This document shows positions 1 through 12,254 of a DNA stretch of 32,000 bases, piece by piece. Position numbers and translations under genes: made by a program. Numbering within the stretch: the stretch's first letter is position 1; every line of letters starts with the position of its first letter. The notes beneath the pieces are model-generated. The model searched no databases. It saw nothing but the letters and a program-made list of their open reading frames with translations, and was not told the DNA's origin. This DNA is from Candidatus Saccharimonadota bacterium. GTDB taxonomy: Bacteria > Patescibacteriota > Gracilibacteria > Absconditabacterales > Absconditicoccaceae. The stretch lies in contig OZ246420.1 in the NCBI GenBank assembly GCA_965231145.1, positions 420,001 to 452,000 of the forward strand, written 5' to 3'.

Positions 1-141
1 AAGATCAAAACGATTTTTGTAGTCTTCAAATATCCCCACGTTGCATTGCGGCATAAGTGCTTTTCACTCTTCGCTAAAGAATGCTTCCGGCTTAGATTCA
101 AATGTCAGGATAAGGTCTTGATGTAAATCTATTATCTTCAT
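1..141 (-). CDS. partial CDS (N-terminal 47 codons, runs off window); possibly a metal-dependent dipeptidase/amidohydrolase
   Basis: ATG at 141-139. The minus-strand frame MKIIDLHQDLILTFESKPEAFFSEE-G-KALMPQCNVGIFEDYKNRFDL is open to position 1 if TGA 64-66 is sense. The IDxHxD N-terminus is only weakly diagnostic. Confidence 0.4.
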
Positions 142-168
142 ATAACTTACTTACTTATAAATATAGCA

Positions 169-236
169 GCAATTAGATTATAGATGTTAGATTATAGCAA
201 AAAGTTGCTAACATCTAAAATCCAACATCTAATTGC
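169..236. repeat. family-1 imperfect palindrome, copy a (GCAATTAGAT..TAGATGTTAGAT..TAGCA / TGCTAACATCTA..ATCTAATTGC)
   Basis: The 31-nt arms 169-199 and 206-236 pair at 25/31 positions by hand alignment. The copy lies between the M20 gene stop (245) and the ATG of the next minus-strand gene (141). Confidence 0.7.
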
Positions 237-244
237 TATGTGGA

Positions 245-1561
245 TTAGTTACTAAAGAACAATCTACTAAACTCCAATCCTTTTTCAACACACGATAGCC
301 TGAAGTTTTCTCCCACTCCGTGCATGTTGCAGTCTTCATTTGCTAGGTCGGCGATGATGACGCTTGCGCCGAGTACTTCTTGGAACATACCAGTCACAGG
401 AATAGCTGCGCCTACATACCTATAGACAGTCTCAGTATTGTACAGTTCTCCGAGGATCTTCGCCGCTCTTCCGATCTCGACATGTGAGAGGTCGATCATG
501 ATAGCAGGATATGGGTCGCTAGTCTCTAGTGTATAGTCAACGTAATCTGGTAGTTCTTGTGTAACCCACTCTGAAAATAATGCTATCATGTTTTCAGGAT
601 GTTGTCATGGAGCGAAACGAAAGTTCATTTTAATGGTTGTTGTTGCAGGGATCGCATTACGATAGCCATTACCCGTATAACCAGATTGGATACCACTTAT
701 TTGAATCGTTGGTAGTAGTCCATTTGCCGTGACCGGATCATATCCCTCCTGTACAACCAATTTTTTCATCCCTGTCATGTTCTTTACATTTTCTTCATGA
801 AAAGGAACAGTCTTATTATTTTGTCTCATTTCGTCAGTAATGACACCTACGCTATCATAGTAGCCCGGCACGAAGATTTCATTTTTTTCGTTATACAGCT
901 TTGAAAGCAACTTCGTTGCTTCGTATGCGCTGTTAGGAGCTATTCCTCCGAAGAGTCCACTGTGTAGATCGACGTTTGCAGTTTTGAGTGTCAGTGTCAT
1001 GTTGCAACCTCCTCTGAAACTTGCTCCAATAGTTGGCGTGGTGTGACCAATGATCTCGCCGTCACTTATTAATACAAGATCACACGAAAGTAAGTCTTTA
1101 TAGTCATCAACAAACTTTGCGAGAAATGGCGAACCGGTCTCTTCGTCTCATTCGATCATGAATTTAACGTTGTACTTTAGCTCCCCTTTCTTGATCAGAT
1201 CAATGATCGTGACGATATGTATCATAATCTGTCCTTTGTTATCGACGGCTCCGCGAGCGACAAGTTTATTGTCTTGGATAATGAGCTTGAATGGATCGTG
1301 CTCCCAGCCTTCGCTGATGTCAGCTGGCTGCACATCGTAGTGACCATAGACCAAATATGTTGGTAAGCTTGGATCGACAACATAGTGCCCATAGACTATA
1401 GGGTTACTGTAGCCAGTGATTGCTTGTGCTACAAAGCCATTGCTTTTGAGAAGATCGACTAAGAAGTGAGCAGTCTTTTCGAGCTCCGGTTTGAATTGTT
1501 CGTCTGTTGAGATTGAGCGAAAGGCAATAAATTGCTGCATTAGTTCTAAGTAGTTTTGCAT
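245..1561 (-). CDS. M20-family metallopeptidase (dipeptidase / ArgE-DapE-CPG2 type), 438 aa
   Basis: Track ORFs 1148..1642, 605..1000 and 245..589 are one frame joined by TGA at 1148-1150 and 605-607. The first junction reads FMIE-G-DEETGSP, the M20 metal-binding EGEEE.GS-type motif. Other motifs present are GHYDVQP and ARGAVDNKG. ATG 1561, TAA 245. Confidence 0.85.
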
Positions 1562-1642
1562 TCTGTATCGTATATAAGAAGATAAATGCAGAGAAAAGTT
1601 TGTGTCATCATAAGAGAATACTCTTTGACAACACAAACGCAA

Positions 1643-1846
1643 TTAATGATAACCAGGATGTACTTTCCCGGCGGTAACAACAATACTGTTATTACGTGCA
1701 GTTTTTTCATTTTGTTCATCTGCTTTGTCATCTGGCTTGTCCGATGAGTTTCTTGTACGTGCAAGATGAATGTCTTCATGAATAGCCCAATGCTTGTTCA
1801 AATGGTACTGCTCTGCTGGCTGCTGTTTTTTGTCTTTTGTGTACAT
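1643..1846 (-). CDS. hypothetical small hydrophilic protein (67 aa)
   Basis: Clean ATG..TAA ORF co-directional with the M20 gene. No recognisable motif. Confidence 0.4.
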   Translation of the reverse strand: MYTKDKKQQPAEQYHLNKHWAIHEDIHLARTRNSSDKPDDKADEQNEKTARNNSIVVTAGKVHPGYH

Positions 1847-1910
1847 AACTTTTTATTTTTGATGATGAGTAATTTTGTTTCAATCTATATAATAAAAAGT
1901 CCCCTGGTGC

Positions 1911-2014
1911 TTTCGCATAGGAGACTCGATTATTATCGTGATGACAGTAGTTGTCGGGCTAGAAGGTCTGTAAGTAATATGCCGGCAACTGTGTATCATT
2001 ATCTCTATGCGAAA
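1911..2014. other. about 104-nt long imperfect hairpin in a divergent intergenic region (ncRNA or palindromic element candidate)
   Basis: TTTCGCATAG (1911-1920) pairs perfectly with CTATGCGAAA (2005-2014). Inner pairings are AGA/TCT, GAT..ACAGT/ACTGT..ATC and AGTTG-T-CGG/CCG-G-CAACT, with an apical loop of about 22 nt. Confidence 0.3.
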
Positions 2015-2166
2015 ATCTGACATGATGATGCCACTTTCTCATAAATGATCTAATAATACAAACAGTCTTTTGCATAGAGTTTTTCTGTGTTGGATATTTT
2101 CTAAATTGTATTTCATTTATAAAAAACTACTATTGGGTTGTCAATACTATTTTAGTACGAAATTCT

Positions 2167-2754
2167 ATGATGATAGAAAGAAGCAAACGAGAGCCATTTG
2201 TTGAGGTGTTCTTCAATAAAAATAAAGAACTAAATCTTTCTGCTATCCGTGATGCAGATGGAATTTTTGTGAAACACGTTCTCGATTCTCTCGAAGTTCG
2301 TAAAGTAGAAAGTTGAAAGTTCGTAAAGTGAAATGAGGTAATTGATGTGTGAACAGGTGGATGAATTCCCCTGCTTCCATTGGCTATAGCATATCCTGAT
2401 GTACATTTCACAGGACTCGACAGTGTCAAAAAGAAAACAGTAGCTATTGCAGATATGGCTGCTACCTTGGGATTACATAATGTCGATGTCGTGTGGTCTC
2501 GCGCCGAAGAACATAAGAAACAGTATGACATACTGACGGCGCGCGCTATGGCATATATTGATGATCTTATGAAGCGATGCTATCACCTTGTAAAAAAAGG
2601 TGGACTCTTCGTCTTATATAAAATGTTTTCAGAGGAGGAAGAAGCAAGAATAGATGGTTACTGTGAACAGAGAAAGATGAAAGTCCTTAGTAAACACTAT
2701 TATAAATTATTTGAAGAAGACATTCAGAGAGTGATTTACGTTATACAGAAATAG
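2167..2754 (+). CDS. rsmG: 16S rRNA (guanine527-N7)-methyltransferase RsmG/GidB, 195 aa
   Basis: ATG 2167 to TAG 2752-2754. Four in-frame TGA at 2314, 2329, 2350 and 2362. The SAM-binding motif reads IDV-G-TGG-G-IPLLPLAI, with both marked Gly encoded by TGA. Upstream is the NLSAIRD..IFVKHVLDSL motif typical of RsmG. Confidence 0.85.
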
Positions 2755-2777
2755 AGGCGCTGTCGTCTCTTTTTTTT
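2753..2777 (+). terminator. intrinsic terminator after rsmG
   Basis: Stem AGAGGCG / CGTCTCT (one G-T pair), loop CTGT, followed by a T7 run. Confidence 0.6.
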
Positions 2778-2781
2778 GTAT

Positions 2782-2803
2782 AAAAAAACTCCCAATATGG
2801 GAG
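2782..2803 (-). terminator. intrinsic terminator after CDS 2807..3184
   Basis: CTCCC-AATAT-GGGAG hairpin preceded on the plus strand by A7, which is a U-run on the minus strand. Confidence 0.6.
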
Positions 2804-2806
2804 GTA

Positions 2807-3184
2807 TTAATAATATTCAATTTGAATAAGCCATTCTTTCTTGCCGATTTTGCGGGAATAAATACGATGAAACTTATAGGTCACATCCTCCAACGCTTCT
2901 CCGTAATCTTCTTCAATGGGACTTCTTTGTCTGACAATGTTGATTATCTTTCCTTCTCCCGGAGGAAAAGAATAATAACAATAACTTTGAGACATTGTAA
3001 TAAATGCAACAATTAAGAGGCCTAAACCGATTATCCGTTTGCATTGACCTGGAGATATATTACATGTCGGGCCAATAACCCAATACAACATACTCAGGAT
3101 AAAAATTCCTGCAATCATAGGAATAAGAATACGAGTTTTGAACACGTAAGCTTTTTTGGGATGTGAGAATAATAATGTGCTCAT
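2807..3184 (-). CDS. hypothetical membrane protein (125 aa)
   Basis: ATG 3184 (MSTLLFSHPKK...) was chosen because the longer track ORF start at 3259 lies inside the upstream terminator hairpin. Two hydrophobic helices. TAA 2807. Confidence 0.5.
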   Translation of the reverse strand: MSTLLFSHPKKAYVFKTRILIPMIAGIFILSMLYWVIGPTCNISPGQCKRIIGLGLLIVAFITMSQSYCYYSFPPGEGKIINIVRQRSPIEEDYGEALEDVTYKFHRIYSRKIGKKEWLIQIEYY

Positions 3185-3243
3185 AATTTTGTGTTTTGGG
3201 GGTTGGTTTAAAATGTTACACTTATGTTTGTATTTTTCAATAT

Positions 3244-3269
3244 AAAAAAACTCCGCCATATTGGCGGAG
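3244..3269 (-). terminator. intrinsic terminator (second of a tandem pair)
   Basis: 8-bp stem CTCCGCCA / TGGCGGAG with an A7 run on the plus strand. Confidence 0.6.
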
Positions 3270-3293
3270 TAAGATCGCGAGTATGCGTACCTA

Positions 3294-3318
3294 TAAAAAA
3301 ACCGCAGGCTAACCTGCG
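3294..3318 (-). terminator. intrinsic terminator overlapping the end of CDS 3309..3638
   Basis: CGCAGG-CTAA-CCTGCG hairpin with A8 on the plus strand. The true TAG stop (3309-3311) sits in the loop. Confidence 0.6.
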
Positions 3319-3638
3319 ATTGAGTTTTTTCATTGTTTCCAGCGCTTTCGATAGCTGATAAAGTATCCTGTAACAGCTATTAGATAGAATGTCTCTGCTC
3401 CTATTGGAATAAGAGCCCATATGCCAGCAAAAAATGCGACAATGCCTGTAATGATTAGGCATGCAATAATACTTAAGATAGCAGCATCTTTGGAAAAGGT
3501 CAAATATTCTTTGATGTTTCCATAGACTTCTGCCTCCCGAGGGAAGAATGGTGTAGTGAGAAGTTCAAAAGCATCTCCTGGTGAAAGGAAGTATGATCCA
3601 TATTCACCGATAAATATACGTATATTTTTTAGTATCAT
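3309..3638 (-). CDS. small membrane protein, PFFPR-motif paralog A (109 aa)
   Basis: ATG 3638. The track ORF ends at TGA 3330-3332, but under code 25 the frame continues as -G-KNSIAG to TAG 3309. It shares LLxxPFFPRxxExxGxxKEY plus two TM helices with the neighbouring gene 3726..4103. Confidence 0.55.
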
Positions 3639-3705
3639 ATGGTATGTGTCTTGGTGTACGTAAGAGCATAACCTTATGCGTGAGTAAATCAATAGCTGTA
3701 ATGAA

Positions 3706-3729
3706 AAAACTAAGGAGAATCCTCCTTAG
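3706..3729 (-). terminator. intrinsic terminator after CDS 3726..4103
   Basis: CTAAGGAG-AAT-CCTCCTTAG hairpin with an A6 run on the plus strand. It overlaps the TAA stop. Confidence 0.6.
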
Positions 3730-4103
3730 CTATTGGTTATATTTTGTGTTCGATATTTGCTTGGTGCTATTCCTTTGTTCCACCAGAATACTATGGTGAT
3801 AATATAGGTAAGCACCGTAGGAATGCCATATGTGGCAAAACATGTAATAGATGTCTCTATCCATGCCAATGGCGTCCATGATGTGAGTAATATTGCAAGA
3901 ACACAACTCATGCATAACCAAATAAGCAGTGCAAGTGCAGTGTATTTGCTATATTCCTTATACCTTCCTCTTAGCTCAAAGTGTCGTGGAAAGAAAGGAA
4001 CCAATAGTAGTTGTGGTGATTTTCTGAGAAGAGCAATAAACTTTTCAGTTCGTTTCTTAATTATCCCACGAAAACGAAGCAATATATAGAGTAAAGCTAA
4101 CAT
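3726..4103 (-). CDS. small membrane protein, PFFPR-motif paralog B (125 aa)
   Basis: ATG 4103 to TAA 3726. Contains LLLVPFFPRHFELRGRYKEY followed by two or three hydrophobic helices. It is a tandem paralog of 3309..3638. Confidence 0.55.
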   Translation of the reverse strand: MLALLYILLRFRGIIKKRTEKFIALLRKSPQLLLVPFFPRHFELRGRYKEYSKYTALALLIWLCMSCVLAILLTSWTPLAWIETSITCFATYGIPTVLTYIITIVFWWNKGIAPSKYRTQNITNS

Positions 4104-4170
4104 AGTGATGTAGTTTTTATTTGTGTGTCAGGAATAGTAACCATTTTTTTTAGGAATGCAATCTAAGAGC

Positions 4171-6444
<2,274 letters not shown>

Positions 6445-6599
6445 GCATTGCTTATATACAATGCCGATCTGAAAACAATAAAAAAACCATCGAATTGAGC
6501 AGATATTATAAGTCAACAATAAGAAAACTCCCCTTTTCAGGAGAGTCTTTAGAGTTTACATATGTAGTCTAGTATAAATTAGAATACAGTAGGTGGATG

Positions 6600-8459
6600 T
6601 TAGTCATCGAGGTAGCTGAAATCGTCGTCATCCTCCCCCCATCCTGTTGACTTCTCTTCATCGTCATCAGACACTTTAGGGAGTTTCCCTTTCCCTTTCT
6701 TTCATCCTTTGTTCATGAGCTCCATCTTTTCGATGTCATCTTCGATACCAAGGATTTTCTGGAGACCGATATGCTCCTTCAATTTCTGAAGAACCTTTTG
6801 CTCGATCTGTCTGACACGTTCACGAGTTACCTGAAACTCTTCACCAACCTGTTCAAGTGTATATTTAGGTCCATCGATACCATATCTCATCTTGATGATC
6901 TTTGCTTCACGTTCATCAAGCATGCCAAGTATGTATCCAAGATTGTTCTTAATGGCATCCTTTTCAGCAGCCTGGTCAGGTCTCATCGTGTTCTTATCCT
7001 CGATAAGGTCTCCGAGAGAGTCTTTTCCGTCATCACCTACTTCACTGTCGAGTGAGACATTTCCGAAGATCACTTCTTCGAGCTTCTTGATCTTTTTGAT
7101 GTTGAAGTTCAATTTTGCTCCGATCTCTTTTGATGTCGGTTCACGTCCGAGCTTTTGGAAGAGTTCCTGATACGCTTTGTTATAGCTGTTGATTTCATCG
7201 ATAAGATGTACCGGTATTCTTACGTGTTTGGTCATGTCGGCAATAGCCTTTGTAACCGACTGTTTGATCCACCATGTTGCATAGGTAGAAAATTTGAAAT
7301 CCTTATCCGGATCAAACTTTTCAATAGCTTTGATAAGACCAACATTTCCTTCTTGAATGAGGTCTGAGAAGCTTAGTCTCGATCCAAAAAATCTTTTTGC
7401 GATAGAGATAACGAGTCTGAGATTTGACTCAATAAGCTTTTTCTTTGCATTTTCATCTCCACGTCTTACACGGATAGCGATTGCTTTTTCCTCTTCTGCA
7501 TTTAACAGAGGGATCTTAGAAATATCGTTGAAGTAGAGCTTAATATGATCGTGATACTGCTTGTCATTGATCGTATATTTTTTCTCATAGAGCTCAATTT
7601 TTCCAAGTTTTGTAGCGCCGTTTTCTTTCTCTTTCTTGTTTTCTTGTTCGAAAATTTCTTCGATAGTATATATTTTGATGCTGAGTTTTTCAGCAAGCTC
7701 GTAGAGCTTTTCAACGGTTTTGAGTTTCGCGTCGAGATCGTCTACTTCCGTAAGGATTTCGTCTTCCGTGATTTGCCCTGTTTGAGATCCTTTCTTGAGC
7801 AGGTTTTGTAGTTCCGGAGTCAGTTCATTGATATCGTCGCTTAGTTTTTCCCAAAGCTGTTGTCTATTAACGGTTGATTTCTTCGCTACTTTTCCTCCGG
7901 CAGCTTTGGTATCAGCATTTTTCTTTGCTTCCTTGTCGGCAGCTACTTTATTTTTTGTTGCCTGGGCAGCACCGAGCTTTGTGAGTGTCGCAAGCTGTTC
8001 CTTCTTTTTGGCTTGCGCAGCTATCCTTACCTGCTTTTCAAGCATGTACTGATCACGCTTGCTAAGTCTCACTTCTTTTGCAGAGGGTCTTACAGTCGCT
8101 TTTCCAGTCGTCTTTTTCGCTGGCGTAACGACTTTTTTCGTCGTTTTTGCGATGACAGATTTCTTTGCAGATGCGGCAGGGTTTTTAGGAGCTGCTTTCT
8201 TTGCTTTTCCAACAACCTTTTTCGCTCATTTCTTTGAAACCGGCTTTGATACTTTTTTCGTTCCTCCAGTAGATTTCTTACTGGGAGCTTTTTTGCTAGT
8301 TTTCTGGGGAGCTGCTTTTTTCGTTGCCTTCTTCTCAGGTTTTTTAGGTGCAGCCTTTTTTACTTTTACTGGGGCTTTCTTTGTTGCCTTTTTTGGTACA
8401 ACTTTTTTAACAGGTTTTTTCTTGCTCGCCATCCATGGATTGTATAAATTAAAAGACAT
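6600..8459 (-). CDS. rpoD: primary-type sigma-70 factor RpoD with a long Lys/Ala/Pro-rich N-terminal extension, 619 aa
   Basis: ORF 6702..8072 carries region 2 (DLIQEGNVGLIKAIEKFDPDKDFKFSTYATWWIKQ) and region 4 (TLEQVGEEFQVTRERVRQIE). The frame is continuous upstream through TGA 8226-8228 into ORF 8226..8459 (KKPVKKVVPKKATKKAP...). It is continuous downstream through TGA 6702-6704 to TAA 6600 (acidic tail DDDEEK..GEDDDDFSYLDD). An alternative ATG lies at 8432. Confidence 0.85.
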
Positions 8460-8475
8460 GCATTTTTCTTAAGTA

Positions 8476-8566
8476 GCAGTTAGATGTTGCATTGTAGATG
8501 ATAGCATGAGTCGATCTTCGAATTGATAATTGAATTGCCAAAATCTAATATCTATAATCTCATTGC
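8476..8566. repeat. family-1 imperfect palindrome, degenerate copy b
   Basis: Arms GCAGTTAGATGTTGCATTGTAGATGATAGCA (8476-8506) and TGCCAAAATCTAATATCTATAATCTCATTGC (8536-8566) pair at about 19/31 positions, with a 29-nt central insert. The copy lies between the pheT stop (8581) and the rpoD ATG (8459). Confidence 0.45.
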
Positions 8567-8580
8567 TATATGGTAGTTTG

Positions 8581-11052
8581 TTAGTTTCTTAGCTGTGCTC
8601 AATGTTTTTCTGCGGTTTGGACAACGCTTTGGATAATAGTATTGATCTGTTCCGATGTCATAGTGCCATCGCCTTGTATGCTAAATGTGAATGCTATAGA
8701 CTTCTTGCCTTCCGGTAGTTTGTTGCCTGCATATAAGTCGAATATTTCAATGTTGCTGATAGTATCAAGTTTGCGAATCGGATCCAGTATGGTATCCCAT
8801 GATTTATCTTTATCGATAACGAGACACACATCTCTTGAGATGATCTGATCTTGCAGTGTCTTGTAGCTCACTGCGGTTTCAGCAGGTTTTTGCATATACT
8901 CTTTTAACGCATCCATTCATACAGAGACAAAGGAAACTTGAGATGAATCTGCTAGCTTATAACGCTGTGCTACCAAAGGATGTATTGTAGCAATGTATCC
9001 TATAATTTTTCCATCAGCCTTGATCTCGGCCTGTTTTTTTGGATGAAACCATTCATGTGTCGTTGGCACGAGTTCAATGCTTTGTACACCGATACGCTTA
9101 AGCAATCCATAGAGATGTTCTTTTATGTCGAGTATTGTATCGTCTTCCCAACTGCTGATAGCTTTTTTATAGTGGATCATACCAAGCGCTTTCAACTCGA
9201 TCGGTGTACCATTGATGACTGGCCAGATCTTACCTGTATCAAAACATCTTATTTCATCGAATGTTCTGTGATTTTTCTCTACCAGTTCCATCATACTGTA
9301 GATGATTTCTGGTCTCAGGTAACGAAGCTCGGGAGCTGAAGGATTGAGAAGCATATATTTGTTATCAGATTGTTCTCGGAAGTTGTTGTAGCTTTTCTCA
9401 TCAGCCCATGGATATGTTTCACACTGATCCATATGAGCATCGTGGATAAGATAGTCCTCTACGAGTCTCTGTAAAGCAACTTCCGGCGTATAGGCTACAT
9501 ATGGCGTATTTCCTGTCAGTCACTTTGAAGCAATATTGTCATAACCATATATTCTTACGATTTCTTCATAGATATCTTCAGCGATATTCATATCGTCCGG
9601 TGAGCGTCGGAAAGGAATCGTTACAGTGTTATCTTTATAGTGAAATCCAAGATTAGTCAGTATCTTTGCAGCTATAGTATCAAAATTGCCTACTGCTTCA
9701 CCAAAGATGAGCGTACTTCCTTTTATAGGATCTATGGTAATAGTTTTCTTATGTGAAAGTGCGCTTTGGAGTATCTCTGCTACATGGTAACTAATTCCAT
9801 GGATAGTATGTCCTCCAAGATCTGTTGCAAAGAACTTGATCTCTTCCAGGAAGAGCAAGCAACTTGAGAGTGAGAAGATAGGATTGATATGTTTTTCAAA
9901 CCTCAATTCTGCATCAGTTCTGAGTCCAAGTCTTGTCCCTGTCTTTCTTACTGTGACGGGATTGAAATGAGCAATTTCTGCAATAATATTTTTCGTGCTG
10001 TCTGTCACACCACTGGTTTTTCCTCCGATAACTCCTCCCAGCGCAAGTATTTTTTCGTCATCGGCGATGACGATATCCTGCGGATCAAGGATGTGCTCTT
10101 TATCGAATAAGTCTGTGAATGTCTCGCCTTCCTTGGCATTTCTGACGGTGATTTTTCCCTTGATAGTATCAGCATCGAAGAAGTGTATAGGCTGACCGGT
10201 TGTCATCATGAAGATGTTTGAAAAATCGATCCGGTTATTTCTGCTTTGCTGTCCGATGTCCTGCATCATGAGTCTTGTATAGAGCGACGATCTTTGGACA
10301 GTGATGTCTTTGAACTCGATGGCTATATAGCTCTGGCAGTCAGCCGTTTCTACGTTTAGTTTGATGTCAGCTTTCTTTGCGTTATTGAGTGTGTCTAGTA
10401 CATTAGTAGTAGAGAATATATGTTGCCAGTCAGTCAGTTTGTTGAAAGGAATTTTTGCATCGAGCATACCGTAGATAGCTTGTAACTCCCATGCTATACC
10501 GAAATGTCCCGTAAGATCTGGCCTGTGCGTGACTGTCTTGTTGTCGACATCGAGAATAGCGTTGTTCATCCATGGATATTTCTCACCAAGCGATATACCA
10601 ATGTCTGCATCTGTCAGATCAGAAAGATCCTCGTTCATAATCCAAATCCAGTGCTTGTCTTCATCTTCGATGATACCAATCTCCCCTTTCGAACAGATCA
10701 TCCCGTTTGAGTCTTCGCCTCTCATCTTTCTTGGTTCGATCTTGAGATCAATAGCCGGAAGATAACATCCAGGGATCGCTACAGGCACATAGACATTTTC
10801 TATGATGTTTTCGCCTCCAGTACAGATCTGAAATTTCCCTGCTTTTCCGCAGTCGATCTGGCAGACTTTGAGCTTATCAGCATTTTCATGTTGCTTCACC
10901 GAAAGAACCTTGCCAATAACTACCTCAGCAGGCAGTTGTCTACTGATGATTTCTTCGATTTCACATGTTTTCAGTGTCAGGTGACGAGCGATGTTCTCTG
11001 CTGTGTCCTGTACACCGATATACTTCTTCACGAGATTGAGCGAATAGCGCAT
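8581..11052 (-). CDS. pheT: phenylalanyl-tRNA synthetase beta subunit PheT, 823 aa
   Basis: ORFs 9520..11052, 8917..9432 and 8599..8916 share one frame, joined by TGA at 9520, 8917 and 8599. The N-terminal tRNA-binding domain reads VVIGKVLSVKQHENADKLKVCQIDCG. The C-terminus AEKH-G-AQLRN fits the conserved GAxLR-type end. TAA 8581. Confidence 0.9.
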
Positions 11053-11162
11053 TCTACCTACCTTTTCGTTATAATGAATAAAAAATTGACACTATAAAAT
11101 CAGGGCCGTTTGTCAATATATAACAAATACTGCTAAAGATGCAAGTGAAATGCCTCATTTTA

Positions 11163-11190
11163 TTGATTTATAGCGTAATATATGTATCAT
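11163..11190 (+). promoter_or_regulatory. sigma-70-type promoter TTGATT-N16-TATCAT
   Basis: Located 37 nt upstream of ATG 11227, with the same 16-nt spacer as the other promoters listed here. Confidence 0.45.
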
Positions 11191-11226
11191 TAGATCATAT
11201 TGATTTTGGTTTGTTTTGCATATCTT

Positions 11227-12180
11227 ATGAAACAGCATAAATATACGCCTCTAGATTCTCTCATAACAGTTCCTTCCCAAGATATTTCTTTGAAGGGATT
11301 TAAGGCTATTACAGCAAAAAATGTAGAAGATATTTTCTGAGTTGAAGAAAATAAAGACAATGCATATGCTCTTAGACTCTTTCTGGAAAATGATGACCAT
11401 GGGGCGGAACATGTGTACAATGTATTTACGAAAGCAAGTGAGATCGCTGATGAGGTAGAAGAAAAGACAGAAGCTAATGTAGATAGAAATATGCTCTATA
11501 CCATGATAGCGCTTCATGATTCGGGGAGATTTCATGTGCAGGCGCCTGAAAGCGGTGATACTGAGAAAGATACCAAGAGAAAGGAAAAAAAAGCAAAAAG
11601 AGCTGATAGTAAGCATGAACTTTATGGTGTCGCACAGATGAAGTTTGCTCTCGCAAAACTGAAAAAAGAGGGAAAGGAAATTGATCCTGAGATAGAAAAG
11701 AAAATTGCTGAATATGTCTACAATCATGACTACATGACTCCTCAGCTCAATGGTGATAGGTTTCATGAGCCTTCTTCGATCGAAGGACAGATCGCAAGAC
11801 TTGCTGATAGGATTAGTACTTCTGCTATTACAGAAATTGAAAGATACTGGAAGACCGGTAAAAGAATGGGTACAACGTTTTTTAAAGAAGAGATTCCATT
11901 TTCAGCTAGAGAAAGTTTTAGGTTCTCTGATATCGGAAAGTATATCAAGGCGTGACACCTGGATCAGTTCATGTTCTTTATGACGCTTCTTGCGGTGAAG
12001 GCTGAAGACTTTCAAAATCCTGTGCTCCAGGAAATCTATGCTGCTTGGGTTCCTCAGAAGCGTGAAGCAGTAGAAAGAATTCTTACGCTCGCACAGGAGG
12101 AGGGATATACAGGTGAACAGCTTGAAGCTATGAAAAATACTATCTCTCAATATGCAAAGATCTATGAGTTTGATTTTTAG
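11227..12180 (+). CDS. HD-domain metal-dependent phosphohydrolase, 317 aa
   Basis: ATG 11227 to TAG 12178-12180. In-frame TGA at 11338 and 11953. Motifs HGAEHV, ALHDSGRF and ARLADRIS give the H..HD..D pattern. Confidence 0.7.
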
Positions 12181-12210
12181 GTAGGTTTTTATGCGAAAAT
12201 CTATAGTATA

Positions 12211-12236
12211 ACCGTCTCTCGCTAGAGCGGTTTTTT
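12211..12236 (+). terminator. intrinsic terminator after the HD-domain gene
   Basis: CCG(T)CTC / GAGCGG stem followed by a T6 run. Confidence 0.5.
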
Positions 12237-12254
12237 GTTTTGTTTCTTTTTATC

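Noticed and set aside
1911-2014. Calling the long hairpin the SRP (4.5S) RNA gene.
   Set aside because: The size and shape fit, but I could not identify the conserved domain-IV loops or tetraloop sequence. It is left as an unassigned structured-element candidate.
8059-8472. A 137-aa plus-strand ORF (FFAG..FLGAAFF..) and other long antisense ORFs, for example 2130..2531 (-), 11251..11766 (-), 13627..14025 (+), 16725..17294 (-), 7795..8052 (+) and 5042..5377 (+).
   Set aside because: They lie antisense to, or out of frame with, genes that have clear conserved motifs. Their low-complexity Phe/Leu-rich products are the mirror image of Lys/Glu-rich coding strands.
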